Shown here one piece after another: positions 1 through 12,958 of a DNA stretch of 64,000 nucleotides. Below the pieces are notes generated by a model. That model worked only from the letters and a program-made list of their open reading frames with translations. It was not told the DNA's origin and ran no database searches. This DNA is from Camelus ferus. Taxonomy: Eukaryota. The first letter of the stretch is position 1. The number at the start of each line of letters is the position of its first letter. The stretch is taken from positions 118,360,001 to 118,424,000 of the forward strand of contig NC_045696.1 of the NCBI RefSeq assembly GCF_009834535.1, given 5' to 3'. The position numbers and the translations under genes are program-made.

Positions 1-859
1 CGGATCCACATGAATGGGCCCACTTTGTGGCAAATTGAGGTGATTGATTAGAAAAGAAAACATAGTGGGGATTCCCCACTCACTATTCATACAACAGGGT
101 CCCCCTCTTCCTGGTTTCCTGTTATGAAAGATAACTTTCTTTCTTACTGTTACCAGCCACCCACTGTAGCAGTATGGTTCTACGATGAGTCCTGGTCCTG
201 CTACAAGGTTGGAAGTGAAAGAAGGGGAAAAGTTTGTTTTCCCAGTCCCAGAAAAATGGGGTAGAGGTTTTTGCTTTCTGTACCTACCATTTAGTTCTCA
301 GATTCAGCCTGACCTGAGCTCAAAGCTAGGATATGAAAGGGGGAAAAACAAAAATAAAACTGAAAACTCACCGCCACTCCACTGTATTTTTGACTCCCTT
401 ATCCAATATGCCTGCTGTTGTTTACTTTTCAGAGCCCTCAAGAAGTTGCTTTTTGTACTTTGCCCTGAGTTTTTAGTTGTAGTCAGCAGGAGAGAGAGGC
501 TTGCAGTGGTCCTCCATGTTGAATGGGACTGGAAATCCTACTGTAATCCATGATGTGCTGTCTTACTGTTTCCTCTATTTTTGTGTGTAATGCAGATGTC
601 AGTCTTATTTAGAAACCAAGTTAATTACTGATCTGTGTAGAAAGCTGCTTATAAAATAAATAATTATTATTAATAATCAAATTAAGATAATTATATATGG
701 AAATAAAATATTAGGAACACAATTATTTATTTTCTTACCATGGAAATAATTTCAAATTATTTTGAAAGATTTCAATTTTCAGATCCTCGTTTAGAGTGTC
801 TTAGCATTAATTAATTATGCCATTGTCTCTATTTTATCAGATCCAGACGCTAGCTGATC

Positions 860-1405
860 TCTTAGCTTTGATCTTGCCCCTCCCCTCCAGTCTAATCTTC
901 ACGTGGCAGCTCAAATAATCCAAACATGAAATAGATCATCTTTTTCATCATTTGGAAACTTTATGGTGGCTTCTCATTATACGTATAAAATCTAGACTTC
1001 CTCCCTAGAAAACCCCAAGTTCTGTGGCGCCTACTTGTTCCACAGACCTGTCTCCTATTTCTCTCCTCCCAGCCCTCCAGCCTCCCTGGCCCCCCCAACA
1101 CACACACACACACGCCCATTTCTGCTGTAGGACATTTGCACAGGTGTGCCCTTTCCCTGTAGATGTTCTCATGTCTATGTTTTTTCTTGTAAGTAGAATC
1201 TTGTCAGAAATGACCTCTCCCTGCAGAGAGCACCCTCTCCCAGTGACTGAACATCACATTCTTCTGTTGTATTTTCTTTTTCAGCTTTTATGATTATCTC
1301 AATTTATTTGTTATAAATGTCTTTTCTTGTTTTTCCCCCTGCCCCCGCCCCATCCTAGAACAGTGCCTGGCACACAGTAGCCTCTCAGCAGATGTATCAG
1401 TGAGC
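860..1405 (+). mobile_element. LINE-2 3' end remnant
   Basis: L2-like text ending in ctagaacagtgcctggcacacagtag, the typical L2/MIR tail. Confidence 0.6.
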
Positions 1406-4400
1406 TTTAAAAATGGTAAACTGCTATACTTTTAGATGGCATAAGAACAGAATCATCAATACGGCTCTTCTGTCATCATTTTTTACCTTGGAGTATGCAG
1501 GCTTCTTATTCAGTCTCCCCCGATCCACTCTTCTTCCCCCTACACCCACCTTCAAATTGCTTCCTCCCTGAAGTTCAAGTGCTCTTTTAAAAGCTGCAGA
1601 CATTATCGTGTTCTTACTTCTTAAAACCCTTCTTTCACTGACTTCCTGTTCATCTTCCAAAATTTCTGGCATGACCGTCGAAGACTCTTGGTGCATGCAG
1701 ACCTCTAGTGGAGTGCTCTTCATGTTCTTTTTGGTCCATGACCCCTCCTCTCTCATATGTCATTGTGCAGTAAGCTGTGTGACTTTCTTCTGTAACAGTT
1801 TTGAAAGTTGTCATTGTACAACGCTTTGACCGTCCGTCTCCTCTGCTGAACTTTCAACTCTAGGATGTCAGGGATGGGTTTGGACTTTTGCTTTCTACTG
1901 TATCCTAGTGCTAAAATACAGGAGGTGTTTAATAGATGATTACTGAAAATAAAAAAATTAGAAAAGCTATCACATGATCCAAGTGCATGACTAGAAGTTT
2001 GAATTAGTATGTAAATGTGTTTGTTAACTAGGCCCATTTACCATTTGTCTGGATAACTAAATTTGTTGGTTTGGATAAAATGCTTAATAAATAACTACTT
2101 TAAATGGTATTTTTATACTCTAAAAAGATATTTGAGTTTTGTATGTTACACATTCATAGCAAATTTAAAGGAGTCACCTTTTTTTTAACATGTTTTTAGT
2201 TATTAGGTTTAAAAAATTATCTCTACTAATAAATCATTAGGCTTTTATCATAGGATGATAAATAGAAACCAATTGATATATTTAGAATTTTTCTTTAAAA
2301 ATCATGTTTTAGTGATTCTACACTTGACACTACACAACAATTGTTTAATGTCAACAAAATAATTTATGAAATAAAACATTTTTATGGATCAATTTAAATA
2401 CTTATGAATATTTTTATTTGACAGAAATGTAAACACTTGAACATTTTTGATATTGTATTTGAGGATTTTATATTACTATATTTTAATGTAATTTAGTTCA
2501 GTAAATCGTTTTTAAAACTAAAGATATGTCTGAGAATATTCACACTTGGTTCTTCATCTGAGCCTTAGGCCTTTATAGTTAAAATGCTCATTATGTTTTT
2601 TAGGTAGATTTTTGATATAAGAAGTTATTCAGTTAGCTATCATTTTACAGCCATAAATGGGATGATTGGCCCTAGTTTTTGGATAGTAATTTATATGCTT
2701 CAACTAGTTCCCACTTTAATTTTTTTATACCAAAAGGGAGATATTTAATATTAACTGTCTAAAGTTAAGTACTTGGGGTTAATGGTGTCTTTACATTTTA
2801 TGAAGTCTTGTCCATTTGATGTTAAACAATCTTAAAGGTTCTAGCATTGATTGTAATCAATGGTGAAAATGAGAGTTGCTCAAAGATACCTGTATTGTAG
2901 AAAAAGATACTTCCTTTTTTTATATATTGAAGAAAGAATAATTAATACACATTCTATGGTTATTTTGTGAAAAGTTTATAGAAAATGAAGTAGGACTTGA
3001 ATAGCAGGTGTACTCTATTTTATTTAGTAAATAATACGTACATTATTTTTGCTATATTATTTGGTCACTGAACAGGTAATTTAATGTCAGGTTTAGAGTT
3101 CCACGGGTATCAGTTAGATTCTCTTTGTAAAGCTACTGTATTTCTGTTTGTTTGTTTGTTTGTATGTAGACGTGAGATATTTCATTAAAACTTGTGTAAA
3201 ACTAGTAGCAAATCTAAAAATATCAGTCAAAATTTAAACCAAATTAGTATTTGTATTTTTGTTAAGAGAAAAACTGTGTCAAAGGGCAAATCACATAATA
3301 ATCATCCTTGGCCGTGATACTCTTTCTCCAAGTTTTAAAGAAATATTTTCAGATATTCTTTGTCCACATTTACTTCTGAGGAAGCTCTTTTTAAAATTTA
3401 TTTTGTTGTTTATCTGCTTCCTGTAACTGTGTCGTTGTCTAAATTAAAGCATTGGCATTATGTAACTCTTTTGTAGGAAGGTGCTTTTGAGACCCAAGTG
3501 GTCCACAGGAGGACCACACAGGCCAAATAGCAGTGTTCTGCTTGGCATCTCCATTCTTCACCCTCTCCCAATAACCAGTAATGCGACTGATCATATTAGG
3601 GTCATGTTCAGAATTGGCATAGCTCAAAGCAGTCCACTACTACCGCTGGAAAATGTGATCAAAGATTATGCTGCATTGATTGTTCATTGTAAATAATGGC
3701 AAAAATGACATTCTATTTGGGGCAAATTAAATTGCCTTCAACAAGAGATTGTCACTTTTAGCACCGTAACAGTTTATTTTGTACTGGGAAAGACTTCTGG
3801 GTTGTCACAGTAATCTAGGAAACCTTCTAAAAAATAGAGCATCCTGGACCCCTACCCAGTTATCTCAGTCTCATCCTTTTTTTCTATCTCTTTCCCACAA
3901 ACACACCACACACAATACCTGTCCCCAGGTGATCTGGATGTTCACCCAGCATGTTCATGAGCTAGGTCTCATCTGGTCCTTTTCCTCTTTGCTGTAGATG
4001 TGGATGGTAGGGACCCAGAGAGATTAATTTTGCCTTGGAATCCTCTTTATTTGATTGATTCTTGGTCTACTTTGTTTCTTCCTGAGACATCTGGCAGCTT
4101 TAAGTCCATAGAATGCCTGGAGAGGTGACAGTATGCCCAGAAATGACAATCATAATAAATAGAAATACTTGCATTTGTGTGTTATCACATGTTAACCTAA
4201 GTTGGGTAGTTGCACTTGTGATTACGTTTGGAATTAGGCCTCGTTTCCATTCAGTCTCAGAATCATTAGTGAATTCTTCTTAAAGCTCATTTTATTCTGA
4301 TGTATGTGTAATACTGTATAATATTCTATGACTGATAGTTTTAGTTTATTACTAGATTGACTATAGTTTTAGTTCTTTATTTATCTACATTTTATCAATA

Positions 4401-4799
4401 CCAAAAAGATATAGATAATTAAATAGATAAATTGATAGATTGATAGATTAAGCTCATGGATTAGATGGCTTTATATCTCAAGGCTCTTAACTGTATTTAA
4501 TTCTGCTATTTCTCCACTCTCTTTATATCATATTCAGTGTTTGGTATGATCATGATCAGGAAGGATGTTAAAAGTGTACCACGAATCTTGCACAGTGTTG
4601 TAAAATTCATGGAATAAACCTTTGTTAATTATACATTTTATCAGAAATACTATTTTCTAATTACTAAGAAGAGATAATTTTCAGTTATTTAAATTATGAG
4701 TAAGTTATTCTCTTTACATAGAACTAATAGACTTCTACTTTTAGTCCTTCACTGGACCCAGTATTTTAAACACATTCACTGATTAAAACATTCATAAAA

Positions 4800-5030
4800 A
4801 TGATACTAACATTTATTGAGGACTTATATTGTGCCATATGCTGTACTAAGCTCTTTATTTGCACTTACCTAATCGTCCTAACCACGCTTTGTGGTGGAAA
4901 CTGTTACCATCCTCATTTTATAGATGAGGAAACTGAGCTATTGAACAATTAAGTAACAGGGTAAGTAAATGGTGGAGCATGTACTCAGGTGCATCCTGCC
5001 TGAGCTGTAGCTTTTAATCCCATTGCTATA
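4800..5030 (-). mobile_element. MIR SINE
   Basis: aacatttattgag and cattttatagatgaggaaactgag are the reverse complement of the MIR tail and core. Confidence 0.8.
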
Positions 5031-5244
5031 ATGCCTCTACTTCACAATTTCATTACACGGAATGTGACAGTTTAATTTTACCAGTTCATTAAGTGTTTTT
5101 TTCCTGGAAATTAAAGTTTAATCAGAGATCATTGGCAGCATTTTTTTCTTAAAATTTACAACCACTCTTGTCTTCATACAGACCCTACCCACTTATTTAT
5201 ATATCTGTCTGTCTTTCCTTCTTTAGATACACATGTCTTATACT

Positions 5245-8200
5245 TGAGAATTTTCCAGTTTTCCTTCAGTAATTGACTTCTCACTTTATTCCATTGCAGT
5301 CAGAGGAGATATTTTGCATGATTTGTCTTTTTAAATATATTGAGACTTGTTTTATGGCTTAACATATGGGATGTCCTAGAGAATGTTCCATGTGCATCTG
5401 AGAAGATTGCATATTCTATTGTTGTCTGCTGGAGTGTTGTGTGTATGTCTGTTAGGTCTAGTTGGTTTACAGTCTTGTTCAAGTCCTCTGTTTCCTTACT
5501 GATCTTCTGTCTAGATGTTCTGGCAACTTTTATGGTAGAACCTTCTATCTCTCCCTTCAGTTCTGTTGATATTTGCTTCATATATTTTCATGTTCTGTTG
5601 TTTGCTACATATATGTTTGTAATCATTGTATCTTCTTCATGGATTGACTTTTATCAATATATAAGGTCCTTCTTTGTCAAAAAAAAAGTTTTTGACTTCA
5701 AGTCTGTTTTGTCTTATATTGGTATAGCCACAGTATCTCTTTATTGGTTTATTTTTATATGAAATATCTTTTCCATATTTTTACTTTGGTTCTTAAGTGA
5801 GTCTCTTGTAGACGGCATATAGTTGCATCATGGGTTTTTTTAAATCCTTTTTTGCTAATCTCTGTCTTTTATTTGGAAACTTTAATCCAGTTACATTTAA
5901 AGTAACTTCTGATAAGAAAGAACTTATTTCTGCCATTTTGCTATTGTTTTCTGTATCTTTTAGACCCTATTTCTTCTCATTTCCTCCATTAGTGTTTTTT
6001 CATTGGCTTGTTTGTTTTTGTAGTGACCATTTGGGTTCCCTTCTCATTCCTACTGTGTAATTTTTTTTAGGTATGTTCTTTGTGGTTATCATAGAGATTA
6101 CATGTAAATTCTAAATTGTTAACAATCTACTTCAAGTTGATAACCAAACTTAATTCTGTAGAAGAGATCTGCTTTCATACTGCTCTGTCCTTTTCCCTTT
6201 TTATGTTGTATCATAAATTACATTTTTATACATTGTTGCTCAGTAGTAGCGATTTATAATTTTTTTCTGTTTATTTTTTATATCCTGTAGGAATCAAAGT
6301 GTGACATTACAAAGCTTAAATACATAATAGTGGCTTTACACGTGCTCACATATTTGCCTTTAGCAGAGAGCTTTACTTCTTCCCACAGCTTGGAGTTACT
6401 GTCTACTGTTCTTTCCTTTCAATCTGAAAGACTGCTGTTAACTTTCCTTTAAAAGCATTTCTCGTCTCATTTTTTGTGTTTCTAGGAATGCCCTAACTTC
6501 TCACTAATTTTCAAAGGAGTATTTTGATAGAGATAAGATTGCTGGTTGATTGCCTTTTTTTAAAAAGCGCTTTAATATGTATGTATCATCCTGCTCTTTT
6601 GGCCTGCATATTATCTGATGAGGAATCTGCTTTTAATCTACTGAGGGTTACTTAATTATTGTCACTGTTGTGACAAAGTACTTCTTTATTGCTTCTTTTA
6701 GGACTGTCTCTTTGTTTTTGTTTTTGAACAGTTTGCTTATAATGGTTGTAAGTCTGAGTTAATCCTACCTAAAGTTAAATTAACTTCTTGGGTTTGTAAA
6801 TTTTTTTTTCTTTCATCAAATTTGGGAAGTTTTCAGCCATTATTTCTTCAGATTTTCTTTCTGCTTCTATCCTATCTTTCAGACTCTCATAATACATATG
6901 TTAATGTGCTTGATGGTGTCACACAGGTCTCTTAGGCTCTTTTCACTTTTCTTCATTTTTTCCCCCTCTTTTTGCTCCTCAGACTTTATAATTTCAATTG
7001 TCCTGTGTTCAGGTTTGTTATTTCTGTCTTCTGCCTGCTCACACCTGTTGTTGAACTTCTCTAGTGAATTTTTCAGTTCAGTGATTGAATATTTCAGCTC
7101 CAGAAATTCTATTTCCTCTTTAATTTCTACCTCTTTATTGATAGTCTCATTCTGTTAATTTATTCTCTGCATGATTTGTTTCCTTTTTTGGTCCATGTTT
7201 TTGTTTTCCTTTTTGAACATTCCTTAAGACAGTTGTTTAAAAATATTTGTCTAGTAAATCCAGTTTTTATATTTCTCAAGGATAGTTTCTGTCAATTTAT
7301 TTTTGTTTCTTTGATGAGCTGCTGAGCCATGCTTCCTGTTTCTCTGTATGTTTCATGATATTGTTTTGTTGACAACTTGATATTGGAATATTATGATTTG
7401 GTAACTGTAGAAATCAGATTATCCCCTTCTCCAGGGTTTGCTGTTTTTTATATTCTTGAAGACTGTTTCAGTCAATTTGTTTATTTTCCTGAAATTTTTT
7501 TTTATTTTTGCAAATACTTACTCTTTGACATATGTAGTCACTGAAGTCTTTATTTCTTAAATTGTGTTCATCTAGGATTTTGACAGAGATTTTTGAATGC
7601 CAGTTGCTAAAAGACCAACAAAACCCAGAATCTCTCCTTGTCTTTGCAGATTGGCTCTGTGCTGCAGCAGCCTTCCTCATGTAGCCAGGCTTGCACTTGC
7701 CCTTGTGGTCAGCTTCAGGTGGAAACTTTTCGTCTTCTCCGTTTCTGTATCACGGTGCATCCCTTGCTCTGGGCGTGTGCATGGCCTTTTACATTCCCCT
7801 GTATACGTGGGTGCTTTTGAATGTGCTGATTTCTCAAAGAAACTCTCACTAGCTTTTTCTCCCAGGCCGTAGGCGGTCTGTTTTATGTTTCAGTTGTAAC
7901 CTTTTGCCCCAGGCATCTGCTGGCTCTCAGTTTGACTTGCAGTGTGTTCAAGAGCAATGTCCACCTTTTTTTTTTTCCTTTCTTCCTTTTTTTTTTCTTT
8001 CTTCCTTTTTTTCTTTCTTCCTTTTTTTTCCTTTCTTCTTTTTTTTTCTTTCTTCCTTTTTTTCTTTCTTTCTTCCTTTTTTTTTTTTTAAGTTAGATGA
8101 AAAAGAAACAATTGTCTTGTATCAGTTCTTCAGGTAGCTCCTAACAAGTGAGAATTGATGTACACAGTATTGTGCACATATAGTTTGCTCTGCCCCCTCC

Positions 8201-8472
8201 AGAACCAGGTACTGTTCTCCCCCTCTGGGAACTCGCTTCCTTCTTCAGGACGGCTGACGCTCTGGCTAGGGAGAGGGCAGAGCAAGCAAGTCAAAGCCCC
8301 ACAGAGCTTTCAGGTTGCCTTTTTCTTGGTTCATTTGGTTTTTGTAAATCTTTGACTATTTTCCAGAGCTATTAGATAGTTGGTTCTGACAGTAACTTCT
8401 TGTTTTTCTGTATTTCTGTGGGAGGATAAGAATTTGGAGTTGTATATTCTGCCACTCTGCTGATGTCACTCT
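5245..8472 (-). mobile_element. Old L1 (L1M-type) 5' half: 5'UTR, decayed ORF1, ORF2 endonuclease region
   Basis: ORF 5300..5581(-) reads DLNKTVNQLDLTDIH...HGTFSR..HMLSHK (L1 endonuclease); minus strand begins agagtgacatcagcagagtggcagaat, like an L1M 5' end. Confidence 0.88.
7966..8089. repeat. Pure T/C tract of TTTCTTCC-like units separated by T runs, inside the L1 5'UTR
   Basis: About 124 nt with no purine on the + strand. Confidence 0.92.
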
Positions 8473-10076
8473 GCTTTCTTTTTAAGAAGAATTCTGTTGA
8501 TAATTTAACGGAATTAATAAGTATTATCTTCCTAAATTAAAATTGTACACTTGAAATGTTATTTATTTAAAATTGCTCCTATGTATTTGTTTTACATCTG
8601 AGTTTCATTATCTAAGTTAATAACTTGAAAATATTATTTAGAGAACTAAATATGGCCTTTAAATCATTAGAATATAGATAAATTAACAATAATTAAGAGA
8701 ACACGAAAAATTATTAAGTAAACAAATTTCTTGTGTGTACTTGAGCACTGGCTCTTAGACCTAATAGGTGGTCCTAGATTTTTAGCATAAATAATTAGCC
8801 CAGGGAGACTGTTGTTTACGTGATTCCTGAAATGAGGTAATAAATATCCTTTGTGGCTACTGTCTTCATAGACAATGCTGAGTTACTCACTGTGCTTTGC
8901 TTTAACTGTATCAACACATGAATGTACTTAATTGATAGCTTTTTTTGCATCCTTCACTTTGAGTGGGATTTTAAATTTATCTAAAACATTTCAGTAGTAA
9001 TCCTCATTCATTTAAAGACACAAAAGGTTTTAGGTGTTCACACTATTCATTTATGCCATATTATCCTGTCACAGCTAAAATATGGCTACCTATAGCTTTG
9101 TTTTCAACTTAGTTTGAACCAAATATTTCTCCCTCTTACTATTAAATATTCATCACACACACTTGATGACATTTCTCTAAATTCAGAGATCAACCTTTTT
9201 TTTATTATGTAGTACTTTTCAGAATTCATACCTAGTATGATATGATACTTTTAAACTTGATTTATTTATGTGTAAAGTGAAGGCACAGTTAAGTAGGTGT
9301 GTTTAATTATAGCATTATTCTAGCTGTTTTTAACCTAACCTAGTTTAAAATCTTGTTCTCCCTTCATGAAGCAGATGTTTGTGCATGAAAAGCACTATAG
9401 AAATCTATTGTAAACCTTCATTTAGCATGATTTCAACATGCACAGATAGATACTGTAAATGCCCTTAGCTAGACATGACTGCAGTAAACACCGAAAAGGA
9501 GTCCAAATTTAATTTATCCTATTTTTGAAATTTAAGTCACCATTATACATATTAGTGGCTTAGTAAGTTAGGTACATGTATTTGGGGAAATACTAATGGA
9601 AAATACTATGCTCTTTGTATCTTCATTAAAAACAATATAGCTATGAGCATATTTTTTTCAAACCAGCCAACTTATTTTAATTGTGAATGTTATGAACTTA
9701 TTTTACAAAGTTACTTACCAACTAATGAGAAATGAATGTGTTATGTAAATTTCAGACTGTAGCAGTTACAAGTAATTGATGAACTGTCCCTATAAATATA
9801 TATGTTATACAATGTTATGCATATACAGTGACATATAAAATTTGTATTATATATTGTATATAATTTATGTATGTATTTTAAATTACTCAATAAATATATC
9901 CAGTTTTATTGATTAGTTTACGTTAAGTATCAACTACCTTTAAAATCACAATTGTCTTTTTTAAAATTTAGTCTATTGTTAAATTACTTTTCAACCAAGT
10001 GAAAGACTGTTGTCTTAAAACATTTTTAAGTATTTGTGCTGTTTGATCATTTAAAGGTCTTTGTGTGAAATTAATA

Positions 10077-10110
10077 ATGTGTGTGTGTGTGGTTGTGAGA
10101 AAGAGAGAGA
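10077..10110. repeat. (TG)n followed by (AG)n microsatellite
   Basis: tgtgtgtgtgtgtg...gagaaagagagaga. Confidence 0.7.
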
Positions 10111-12888
10111 TTTGAAAATAACCTATGCATCCTTGTTACAGTTACAGTTGACAACTTGGTTCAGTAATCAGAACAGCAACTAAACACATCATATTAAACT
10201 CTCTTGCACCCTCTGTTGTTATTTTGGGGGAATACCACACACACCTTTCCATGACTATATTAGACTAACTAAAATCTCTGATAAAATTAATACTTAGTTT
10301 ATTATACTTACCTCCAGATTAGATTGATAGTAAAGTAGCATTTGTTTTTAATTCTTAGTTATTTTTTCTCATGATACAGATATGTTTTTTATTGCATAAC
10401 AGCTTAAATGAAAAATGAGACCTTGTGTTTGTCTTTGATTTTTCCTAGATACCAATTTTAAGCCCCTCCAAGTATTTCACACACAAAAATGAAAATCTAT
10501 ACAGGACATAGCACCCTGTGTATACAGTTTTCTAGAATTACAAATTCTGTCTGTTCTTTTGAAAACCTTTCAATTGTCAGATAGTTTCCTTCCAAAATAA
10601 GAGTCTGGGATCATCCATACTAAAATTAAGAATTTATAACTGTAAGGAACAGATGTTTTCATAAACATTTGCTATAATTAATTTCAACTAGAGGATTGAA
10701 GGAACAAAGCAGTTTTTCCCACTTCAAAACTTTATTACCTTTTCCCCGTATAGCAAACTCTGAAATCTTCTCTCTAATATCGTTTAGAGAAACAGTTGTA
10801 TTCCTTATTCGGTATGTTTTTGAGAAAGTAAAACTGCTTTTTCTTCCTTATTACCATCTTTGAAGGTTACATTCAACGTGATATATTCATTTCCAAACAG
10901 GTATAAAATGAAGAAAACCTTTGTAATATATTTTGATGGCAAAACCTAGTTTTAAAAAACTGGAAGTGTCTTAATTTTGAAATATTTTACAGTTGATATG
11001 ATAAATATCAGCAGAGGGCAAGAGATACTCTGTTGGTGAGAGGTGAGATTTTTGTATATTTAAGTAATCATAATCTTTAGTTTTAAGGAGAAGGAAAGCT
11101 CGTATTTTAAACCTATGATATAGTACTTATTCTATGCTGATTATGGAACGTTTCACAGGAAACGTCTGCAAGCTGTTAAATAACATGTGTTGTAGGAAAT
11201 TTTCACTTAGCAAGGCAGAGACTATTTTTCCTGAAATCTTTTTCATTTCTTTATGATAATACCATTAATTTTTTAAAAAGGAAAATGAAATATGTTGTTT
11301 GAGTTATCTTATGGTACCCATGTTTTCCAAGAATTAACAAAATATATTCAACGAGGTTGATCTTAAACATTTAAGTGTTTTGGATTATTTTCTTCTATAG
11401 AATTTGGCAACATTTTCCAATACTGTAATCCATTTTAGGGTTTTTGTTTAATGAAAAAAAAAACACCTTAAAGTATATTTTGAAGAAAGAGTAGACTTAA
11501 AAGTTAGTTAAGTGGGTTCAGACCAGTTCTCCTTCTTCTAAACACTTGTGTGCAGCTGCAAAGATTTTGAAGAGAGCCTGACATTCTTGACTAATCTGTC
11601 AACTATAAAATGTGCAAAGAAAAATAGGTAACTGTCATTAAAATTACATTTTAGCTTTCAATAACCCTTTAATGAGCAGCATAATCATATAAGTATGGTA
11701 CCTTAAATGCTATATTCAATAATTAAAAATAATTTCATCTCTAAACTGAAAGCTGTGTAATTGCTATTTGACTTAACAAGACCACTGTGATGATCTCCAG
11801 TGGTACCTTAGAATGTTCAGAATGGATTAAAAGTATAAGTTAAAATTGGATAAATCATTAAATTATTAGGCTTTAAATATCACAAAAGTGAATATAACCT
11901 GATGTTTGAAAGTTACATAACAGGAATTAGTATAAAATGTAATCAGATTCTGGTCTGTTTAATTTGTTTCTGAGAATAAATGATGTGTTTAGTAGTAGTA
12001 GACTATGGTTTCATAAAAAGTACACTTTGAAGTACATATTTTAAAATTTAAGCTAAAATTAAATTTCCTTCAATAAGAATATTTTGTGTCATTGGTAAAC
12101 ATTTTTTTAACTTCTTTAGCAAATGTATTTTTATTCTGTGATCTTTAAACTGATAGGTAGAATTTGTTCTCAATCTAATTTTTTGAATAGGCTCAAGTGC
12201 AAATGTTTTTTCCCTAAAAGTTTGATATTACTGCATGAGGAAGAAATACCTTTTGATGTTGAGTTTTTTTGTTTTTTTTTTTTTTCAATTTTTTTAAATT
12301 GCTGAACTTTTGCCCACAGTTAAAACATAAAAGTTTGGGGAAGATTTTGAAGGTGTATTAAAAGCTCGCTGGAAGGCACTGTTGATCACCCCCTCTCCAG
12401 GCAGCTCTCTGTTCTCCCTGTCTGCTGGCCAAGTTCCTAGAGTGTGGAGGGCCGGGCCGGGAAAACATTCCAGGTCTGCTCTCTGCCTGCTCCAGCAGTG
12501 GACAGGATGGGTGACTTGGTCGCTGATAAAAGTTGCGCTCTGTTTGTAAACATTAGTGTATGATTTAAATGGTTTATAAATTTTGGTTTTGTCTGCGATT
12601 CAGAAGAAGAAAATGGCTGTACTATATACTTCATTTGTTCCTGTTAGCAGTTACTGTGGTGTAGTGCTGTCCAAGTTGGAGTGGTGGTGGTAGCCTATAT
12701 TTTAGCATCAAAATGAATTTTTTGCTTAAAGGTTCTGATTACAAAAGATATTTGGGGGAGGGGTAAAGGGTAAGTGGTATATGTTTTTGGACTCAGTGTA
12801 CTGCATGGACCTGTCACAGTAACTTTTCAACTGAAATACGCAGTTTCATAATCTCCATTATTTCAGTGTTTCTAAATTTTTTTTCCAG

Positions 12889-12958
12889 GAGATTCAAATA
12901 AAAATGGAAGAAGAGCAAGTTCTACTTTAGATTCTGATGGGACTTTTAATTCCTATAG
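12889..12958 (+). CDS. TBC1D5: TBC1D5 coding exon, 70 nt: (G)DSNKNGRRASSTLDSDGTFNSY(R)
   Basis: ttttttttccag acceptor, AG|gtaggt donor, phase 1 to 2; peptide matches the TBC1D5 N-terminal region. Confidence 0.93.

Noticed and set aside
11782..11806. C/D snoRNA (terminal stem around TGATGA)
   Set aside because: Only 24 nt long with no D box inside the stem
12886..12891. NAGNAG tandem acceptor CAG-GAG
   Set aside because: A distal GAG is rarely used against a proximal CAG, and the effect would be loss of one Gly
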